DNA of 59,215 nt, taken from an uncultured Gammaproteobacteria bacterium (GTDB taxonomy: Bacteria; Patescibacteriota; Microgenomatia; 2-02-FULL-39-11). A model generated the notes under the pieces. It did no database searches and was not told the DNA's origin. It saw only the letters and a program-made list of their open reading frames with translations. Shown here one piece after another: positions 53,474-59,215 of this stretch; the first letter of the stretch is position 1; each line of letters starts with the position of its first letter. The DNA lies in contig CAZJBV010000007.1 of the NCBI GenBank assembly GCA_964544585.1, positions 1-59,215 of the forward strand, in the 5' to 3' direction. Position numbers and translations under genes: made by a program.

Positions 53474-53827
53474 ATGTCAACCAGAGTCATCGTTGCCCTA
53501 TTGGCAATTATTATTATCATCATTCTTCTTCTCACCAGCCAACGTTTCACTGCTGGCCTCAGAAGTCGCTTTTCTGGCCTCTTCCCAGGCATCCGACCAA
53601 TTACTACCACAACTCCCAGCCCAACTAAGCTCGCAGGCCTACTTACTCCCACACGCACCCCCACTCCTACCAAATCAAGCTTTGGACAAGTATCGGGTGA
53701 TTCACAAACCACAACCAAAGGCGGAAAGCCTGTCTCTCAAACACCTGCCACAGGGGGAAGTGAATTGGCTCTTCTAATTATTTCTTCCGGAGCTGGAATT
53801 GGCTACGCCTTAAGAAAACTTACTTAG
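53474..53827 (+). CDS. T/P-rich surface protein with an LPxTG-like C-terminal signal
   Basis: N-terminal TM, PT repeats, TPATG + hydrophobic helix + RK tail. Confidence 0.65.
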   Translation: MSTRVIVALLAIIIIIILLLTSQRFTAGLRSRFSGLFPGIRPITTTTPSPTKLAGLLTPTRTPTPTKSSFGQVSGDSQTTTKGGKPVSQTPATGGSELALLIISSGAGIGYALRKLT

Positions 53828-54542
53828 CTTCCTTCTTCTCTTCTTTCGGGGTTTCGACAACATGAGGTGCAATAGGTGCTTCTTCGCTAACTTTACCCTC
53901 CTCCACAGGAGCTGCTTCAGTAGCCGCGAGAGCTGCTGCTTCAACCTTTGCCGCTTCTTCCTCGGCAGCCTGTCTCTCCGCTTCCTTGGATACAAGAGGA
54001 GCAACTTGAACAATCGTCGTTTCGGCAGGTGTCAATATTTTTACCGCCGCCGCTATTTTAATATCAGCTACTTTTATCAATTGATCTATTTCTGTTAGTT
54101 TATTTACATCAATATCTATCCTCTCAGGCAAATCTCCAGGCAATGCCTCCACTTCTACTTCCGAAATTTGCTTTAACAATACCCCAATTTTATTTACCAC
54201 CGCGGGCGCCTCTCCCACAAACTCAATTGGTACATGAGTCGTCACTTTTTCCTTCAAGGAAACTTGTAAAAAATCTACATGAATTGGTTTAGAGTAAACG
54301 GGATCATAGGCAATGTTGTGAATAAGAACCGGCCGCACTTCACCATCCACCCCCACTTCTACCAGCCCAGTTTCCCCAGCCTTTGAAAATATATTCAAAA
54401 AATCAGCTGCCGCCACTTCAATTGCTATAGATTTCACTTTTTTTCCGTAGATATTTGCAGGTAAAATTCCCTGTTTTCTCAGGTTTTTGACTTTTCTACC
54501 CGTCACAGTCCTCTTTTTTGCCTTTAAAGAATATTTTTCCAT
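53820..54542 (-). CDS. rplY: 50S ribosomal protein L25/CTC
   Basis: LRKQGILPANIYG, IHVDF, VPIEFVGEAP, EVEALP.DLPE.I.IDV; promoter TTGACT-17 nt-TAAAAT (54559-54587). Confidence 0.95.
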   Translation of the reverse strand: MEKYSLKAKKRTVTGRKVKNLRKQGILPANIYGKKVKSIAIEVAAADFLNIFSKAGETGLVEVGVDGEVRPVLIHNIAYDPVYSKPIHVDFLQVSLKEKVTTHVPIEFVGEAPAVVNKIGVLLKQISEVEVEALPGDLPERIDIDVNKLTEIDQLIKVADIKIAAAVKILTPAETTIVQVAPLVSKEAERQAAEEEAAKVEAAALAATEAAPVEEGKVSEEAPIAPHVVETPKEEKKEAK

Positions 54543-54585
54543 ATCTTTAGAACATCACATTTTATCGACAAGAATAGCAAAAGTC

Positions 54586-54695
54586 AATTGGCGAGATCCC
54601 TTTTTTTGCGCGCACAGCGGCGGGCCCGGCCGTGCCGGGCAGTCGAGCCTGCCTGCCGGCAGGCAGGCACGGAAAAAAACGGGGTCGAGCCAATT
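54586..54695. mobile_element. 110-bp GC-rich MITE-like / structured element with terminal inverted repeats
   Basis: aattggc...gccaatt ends, gatccc-T7...A7-ggggtc stem, internal gcccggc-cgt-gccgggc hairpin and a 22-bp PAGRQ palindrome (54647-54668). Confidence 0.55.
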
Positions 54696-54697
54696 AG

Positions 54698-56953
54698 TTA
54701 TCTACTTTTAATATCAAACACAAATATCCTATCTACCGCCGAATCAGTAATAAGCGAATAAATTCCGCCATCATTATTAGGTTTAAAATTGCTTGGACTC
54801 ACATTAATCGTCACAGGAAATTTAAATGTCAAATCCACACTCCCTTCTCTTTCCCCCGGCTGCTTTGCCAAAAAAAATTGATATGCTGACAAAGTCTTAG
54901 GATAAATACTTTCATAATTGATCACAATCTCTCGTGACGATTGAGATGGTACCTCCACAAAAAAGCCTAATTCTCTTTTATCACTACCATAAGACGCCAA
55001 AGAAACTTCTCCAATAATTGATTGACCATCGATAGTTACGTCCGTTACCGTCACCATCGCCGGCATAAATATCCTGATATAGTTTTTATAAGCCCCCGCC
55101 GGAAATACATCTGCCGGACTTTCATTGACATAGGCCAAATTTACCCTCGTCACCATCTTTCCGCTTTCATCAAATAACTTCTCAATTGTGGTCCTCTTTG
55201 ACACATAGAGATTTGCCTTATTGACGCCCAAATTTGCATCGATAGCCAAAAAATAATCGGCAAAACAATTATCCCTCACGCACGAAACATCAACCACTCT
55301 TCCTCCCCACCCCGCCCCTTCAATCATTTTCTGTAAATTATTATCGGAAGAATTCAACAAAATATCTTTTCTTTCTAAAGATTCCCTCAAACTCAAAATT
55401 ATGGACATATAATCTACTTGTTTACTCTCCAAAACCTCATAGACAATCGCATTTCCCACACTTCTTAAATAATCCCTCTTTGCCGTCGATCCAGGAAAAA
55501 ATCCTTCTTGAGCATATGTCGTCGCCTTTAGTAAAAAATTGTCGGCATTTACTTCTTCACGGTAATCAGGTACATATACTCCATCCAAATCATCCAAAAG
55601 TCTCGTCACTAAATTAAGATTAATTGCTGCCACTCCATCGACTTTCTCCCCAGTCTCTCTTTCCAAAAACCACATCGCCTGTTGCGCTGAAATTGAAAAA
55701 TCAGGATCAAAATTGCTATCCCTCAAAAACCAGTTTGGTTGTTGCAAATAATTTCGAATAGGAGTTGGCGGATCGACATGAGCCTTCAACTGTCCATCAG
55801 CTTCATAGACATCGTAAAAGGTATAATTTAAAATCTTCCCCTGATTTCCCCTCACCAATGCATATGATCCAATAAATCCTCCAGTAGGCCGCAGTTCCGT
55901 ATTATTTTGAAAAAGTACAAGATATGTCAATTTTTCTTTACCAAAAAGGGCTTTCTCAATCATAGGCATTGCTTTTTGGCCAAAGTCAACCGCTTCTAAA
56001 ATATCGTCAATTTTTTTCTCATATACATTTTTATCTAAAAAGGGGACAGGAATAGACTCAAATTCCTTCCTAAATTTATTTAAATTCTTTTTTAAAACAA
56101 TAGTACCATCATTTACCTTTTTAAATCTATTTTTTATTTCCAATAAATCTCCTGATTCAAGCACATCTCGCCATATTAATAAATCTTTCCTCACCCCCAT
56201 CACATCATTTACCACCAGCCTCCCTCCTTCAAAAAAATTTACATAATCTTGATACAAAGGTATAGGAATCATCATTTTTTTCTCCAGTTTAACCAAATTT
56301 TCATAAGCAGAAAAATTTTTCTCCAACCCCTCAAAATCTCCCCTCGATAGAAAAAAGAATGCAGCCCTCATTTGCATCATAGACAAAACAAATAATGCCA
56401 CAATGATCAAAACAGGCGAAATAAAAATAAAAAACAGCAATCCAATCTTTGTAAGCCTTCCCAAGTTAAGCGACAGTCGCATTGGATATTTTATCTTCTT
56501 CGCGGCCGGTTGAATAATGGGTTCTTTGCTAATATCAACCACCTTTCCCAAATCACTATTAAACATCGCCCAAAGACAACTCTCCGCAAGACTGTCTACA
56601 TTCCACGAACTCATCTCTCCAATTTTTAATAATTTTATATTTTCAGATTTTGTTACCAACTTCTCCAACCTATCCAAAATTTTTTTCGGATGTCTTTCTA
56701 ACACAATCAAAACTTTTGTCTCTTTGAAAGATTTCTTTGTAAAAAGTGAAGACGCATTCTCAAAATCACTAAAAACAAAAAGATATGTTAATTTTGGCGA
56801 AATAGATAAAAGGCTAGGGGAAACAAAAACTTCACTACCTTGCTTTTCCAACTTCTTCTTAAGATTCTCTACATACTCTCCCTCTCCCACTATTCCGCAA
56901 GTTTCAGCTTGTCCTACAACTTCAGTTTTCCACCAAGATTTAATTCTCATCAT
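54698..56953 (-). CDS. DUF4012-domain protein
   Basis: YLVLFQNNTELRPTGGFIGSY, W.LRDSNFDPDF, DGV.AI, DANLGVNKAN, Y.NYIR. Confidence 0.9.
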   Translation of the reverse strand: MMRIKSWWKTEVVGQAETCGIVGEGEYVENLKKKLEKQGSEVFVSPSLLSISPKLTYLFVFSDFENASSLFTKKSFKETKVLIVLERHPKKILDRLEKLVTKSENIKLLKIGEMSSWNVDSLAESCLWAMFNSDLGKVVDISKEPIIQPAAKKIKYPMRLSLNLGRLTKIGLLFFIFISPVLIIVALFVLSMMQMRAAFFFLSRGDFEGLEKNFSAYENLVKLEKKMMIPIPLYQDYVNFFEGGRLVVNDVMGVRKDLLIWRDVLESGDLLEIKNRFKKVNDGTIVLKKNLNKFRKEFESIPVPFLDKNVYEKKIDDILEAVDFGQKAMPMIEKALFGKEKLTYLVLFQNNTELRPTGGFIGSYALVRGNQGKILNYTFYDVYEADGQLKAHVDPPTPIRNYLQQPNWFLRDSNFDPDFSISAQQAMWFLERETGEKVDGVAAINLNLVTRLLDDLDGVYVPDYREEVNADNFLLKATTYAQEGFFPGSTAKRDYLRSVGNAIVYEVLESKQVDYMSIILSLRESLERKDILLNSSDNNLQKMIEGAGWGGRVVDVSCVRDNCFADYFLAIDANLGVNKANLYVSKRTTIEKLFDESGKMVTRVNLAYVNESPADVFPAGAYKNYIRIFMPAMVTVTDVTIDGQSIIGEVSLASYGSDKRELGFFVEVPSQSSREIVINYESIYPKTLSAYQFFLAKQPGEREGSVDLTFKFPVTINVSPSNFKPNNDGGIYSLITDSAVDRIFVFDIKSR

Positions 56954-57179
56954 ATATAAATTATTCTACAAGATTTAAAAGAAAATCGCTGCGGGAATTA
57001 CCAAATTTGAATCAAATTTAGGGTGAAATTCGGCGTGTGAAAATTTTTTCGGGCATAACCCACGTCATGGAAATAATGGTAGAACAAACAAAGCAAAATA
57101 AAATAGGCTACAGTAGCTTCAAAATTTATTTTGAAATTTCTAATTCAAAGCAAAAATAGAAATGATCTAACCAATAGCT

Positions 57180-57599
57180 TCAGCTATCTAAAGCACGATT
57201 GACCAACCGATCGGCTTCCCAATTTTTTTCTCTTGGTATAAAAGTATAAGAAACATTTCCACCTACTTCCTGTTCCAGCTCCCTTATCTTTACCAATAGT
57301 TCCCGCAGCTTTGCCTCCTTCACTTTAAATAGTCCATTCAATTGATTAACTACCAAATTTGAATCAAGAAAAAAATTCTTTTTTGTCTCATTGGAAAATT
57401 GGAAAATTGGAAAATTGCTTTTTATCCACTTTAAAGCTTCTCTCACCGCCGTATATTCGGCCACATTATTAGTCGTCTCCCCAATTCTTTTCCCAATCTC
57501 TTTTATCTTGTATCCTTTATCATCCTTCACTACCACCCCAATTGCCCCCGGCCCCGGATTCCCCCTCGCCCCTCCATCAGTAAAAACTAAAAGTTGCAT
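57180..57599 (-). CDS. rnhA: Ribonuclease HI family protein
   Basis: FTDGGARGNPGPG, TNNVAEY.A, LDSNLVVNQL.G.FKVK, IPRE.NWEADRL.N.ALD. Confidence 0.92.
   Translation of the reverse strand: MQLLVFTDGGARGNPGPGAIGVVVKDDKGYKIKEIGKRIGETTNNVAEYTAVREALKWIKSNFPIFQFSNETKKNFFLDSNLVVNQLNGLFKVKEAKLRELLVKIRELEQEVGGNVSYTFIPREKNWEADRLVNRALDS
57390..57417. repeat. 8-bp tandem repeat (attggaaa x3.5) inside rnhA
   Basis: attggaaa attggaaa attggaaa attg; encodes SNFPIFQFSN. Confidence 0.85.
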
Positions 57600-57634
57600 A
57601 GCTCTACTATAGCAAATATGGTAAAATCAAGTAC

Positions 57635-57898
57635 ATGCTAAATTGGAATGTCGATGAAAAGCGAACAAAAAAAGAAGATCCCGAGGGATACAAACTATGG
57701 AGATTGGAACAACTTCTCAATTATGGCTTCGAAAAAGGCGAAATAGATATAAATGAACTTAAAAAAAGTTGGCCTAAAATAAAACATAATATCGATCCCT
57801 ACATAGCCAGGTTTACTGAATTTCTCTTATGGGGAAAACTATACTCACTTCCAGACAATTTAAATTCCTGGAACTGGCCGCCAAGGAAAAAGAAATAA
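57635..57898 (+). CDS. Small partner protein of the AbiEii-like toxin (putative antitoxin)
   Basis: 87 aa, 'WRLEQLLNYG' motif; overlaps the downstream gene. Confidence 0.65.
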   Translation: MLNWNVDEKRTKKEDPEGYKLWRLEQLLNYGFEKGEIDINELKKSWPKIKHNIDPYIARFTEFLLWGKLYSLPDNLNSWNWPPRKKK

Positions 57899-58491
57899 TA
57901 CGCTGGTATTATCTCACAGGCGGCACAGCCTTGGCAGAATTTTTCTTAAAACATCGTCTATCCGATGATATTGACCTATTCACCACCTCAGATGTAAATG
58001 ATCTCGAGACGGATAAAATTATAAAAAAAGCACTGGAAGTCCTCAATGCAAAAAAGTTTACCAAAAGGAAAATTTCAGGCCTCTATACCTACCAACTCAT
58101 CTTTGCCGACGGATCGATTCTTAAAATAGACTTCAACAATTACCCATTCAAACAGATTGAACGTGGCCTAAAGTGGAGAGGTCTCAACATTGACAGCTAT
58201 TATGATATCGCAGTCAACAAAGTCAATACCATTCTTGGAAGACTTCAAATCAGAGATTTTATCGATCTTTATTTTATGTTGAGAGAAGAATATTTTTCTT
58301 TAGAACAACTGATTACTAGGACAGAAGACAAATTCAATATCAAAGTTGATCAATATTATCTTGCCAGCCAATTCTTTAAAATAATCGATTTTCCTAGGGT
58401 TTATCCCAAAATGCTCAAACCCTTCTCCTTTGAAAAAATTCAGGAGTTTTTCAAAAAGGAAGCCAAACGTTTAGGTAAAAGCTCTTTATAA
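57829..58491 (+). CDS. AbiEii-like nucleotidyltransferase (type IV TA toxin family)
   Basis: YLTGGTALAEFFL.HRLS.DIDLF, IAVNK...I.GR...RDFIDLY. Confidence 0.88.
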   Translation: MGKTILTSRQFKFLELAAKEKEIIRWYYLTGGTALAEFFLKHRLSDDIDLFTTSDVNDLETDKIIKKALEVLNAKKFTKRKISGLYTYQLIFADGSILKIDFNNYPFKQIERGLKWRGLNIDSYYDIAVNKVNTILGRLQIRDFIDLYFMLREEYFSLEQLITRTEDKFNIKVDQYYLASQFFKIIDFPRVYPKMLKPFSFEKIQEFFKKEAKRLGKSSL

Positions 58492-58493
58492 GG

Positions 58494-58967
58494 TTATTTC
58501 TGCACCGAGGATTGTTTTTTGGCAGATGAATGCATCGAGTCAACAATCTTCAGAAGTCTTCCTACTTCATTCCAGTTATCAGCCTCTGCGTCCTTGTATA
58601 TCTGTTCCCAAGCAGCTAGTCCCTCATTTGATTTTGATTTTTTATACTCCTCAAGTTTATTTTTATATACAGAGAGAAGAAATCTCTTTTTAAATTCCAA
58701 AGCCAAAAGAACGACTTTTGCCTCAAAGTGGGGGATACGGTCTTTATAAAATTGATCAACTTTTTCAGGAGTTACATCCGGTGAGGCTAATAATTTTTTC
58801 ATCGCTTCATCATCTTCAGGTTTAAGTTCAGTACTCAATGCCTCTCCCAAAATCTGGGCATAAGTCTGCATATACGTCGACAGCATCTTTTCCTTAAACT
58901 CATCATTAAAATGATGAGCCAGGACGGCATCTAGTAAATCTAAATTGTATAAATCTATCAGTGCCAT
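58494..58967 (-). CDS. Hypothetical helical protein
   Basis: 157-aa ORF. Confidence 0.6.
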   Translation of the reverse strand: MALIDLYNLDLLDAVLAHHFNDEFKEKMLSTYMQTYAQILGEALSTELKPEDDEAMKKLLASPDVTPEKVDQFYKDRIPHFEAKVVLLALEFKKRFLLSVYKNKLEEYKKSKSNEGLAAWEQIYKDAEADNWNEVGRLLKIVDSMHSSAKKQSSVQK

Positions 58968-58976
58968 AATATTTAT

Positions 58977-59213
58977 TTATTTAAATTGTGGCCCAACAGG
59001 ATATGAAATAGGGCCACCTGGACCTGGAATAGTTGTAAAACCCGGTCCCTTTGGAGGAAGTGCACCTACCGCTCCACCCCCACCAAATATACTATTCCAC
59101 AAACCCTGCGCAGGAGTCACAATTGTATCTTTTAACCAAGTAGCCACTCCGCTTAAATTGAGACTATTTAACCAGGCAGGTATATTGGATGAAATCGCAG
59201 CTACACCGGCTCC
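58977..59213 (-). CDS. C-terminal part of a Gly/Pro-rich hypothetical protein (starts beyond the window)
   Basis: Open frame GAGVAAISSNIPAWLN...PGPGGPISYPVGPQFK*. Confidence 0.55.
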   Translation of the reverse strand, partial: GAGVAAISSNIPAWLNSLNLSGVATWLKDTIVTPAQGLWNSIFGGGGAVGALPPKGPGFTTIPGPGGPISYPVGPQFK

Positions 59214-59215
59214 AA

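Noticed and set aside
54586-54695. SRP RNA, 5S rRNA or an rplY autoregulatory leader
   Set aside because: Lacks the SRP helix-8 GGAA/AGCAG motif and 5S consensus, and lies upstream of the predicted rplY promoter
56954-57180. oriC or dif site in the AT-rich intergenic gap
   Set aside because: Only short inverted repeats (caaatttga/tcaaattt); no DnaA boxes or XerC/D arms, and no apparent skew switch
571-58749. Numerous overlapping or antisense ORFs in the track (e.g. 1192-1671, 2454-3017, 4400-4981, 5273-5821, 19678-20040, 32950-33408, 56517-56978)
   Set aside because: They lie opposite or within well-supported genes and have no recognisable motifs; expected shadow ORFs
1-59215. Alternative genetic code (UGA=Gly, code 25)
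   Set aside because: Conserved genes are full length under code 11, and several end in TGA at the expected positions (e.g. trpA)

Overview
A 59 kb chromosomal window, most likely from a CPR/Patescibacteria (Microgenomates-like) bacterium using genetic code 11. That assignment is inferred from the gene-family mix: DUF4012, DUF5667, DUF763, a VirD4/HerA-like ATPase, tandem PBP1A genes, an HTH-LAGLIDADG-like gene beside a tRNA, and tRNA-Ile(UAU). Main content, left to right: a complete T-box-controlled trp operon (trpE-trpG-trpD/C/F fusion-trpB-trpA-trpS); tRNA-Met and tRNA-Ile(UAU) flanking a small variable region with a Xer-like recombinase; nrdR-nrdJ-pduO followed by a cobalamin riboswitch; a purine salvage operon (NDT-like, add, guaB, guaA); an 11 kb accessory region rich in toxin-antitoxin pairs ending at sodA; then murB, two PBP1A genes, a probable 6S RNA, rplY and RNase HI. 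Best candidates for undescribed biology: (1) a tandem array of TA/cargo modules, each delimited by a diverged but still coding-like copy of the sodA 3' end; (2) a 21/42-bp palindromic element that inserts in frame into proteins and into RNAs, plus a related palindrome that appears to have created the TrpC-TrpF fusion; (3) a four-helix-bundle gene flanked by inverted 7-nt GATA/TATC arrays, with matching empty sites elsewhere; (4) an ultra-short stem I Trp T-box, and a B12 riboswitch overlapping the pduO 3' end upstream of an unknown basic protein. All calls were made by eye, with no database searches or folding software.
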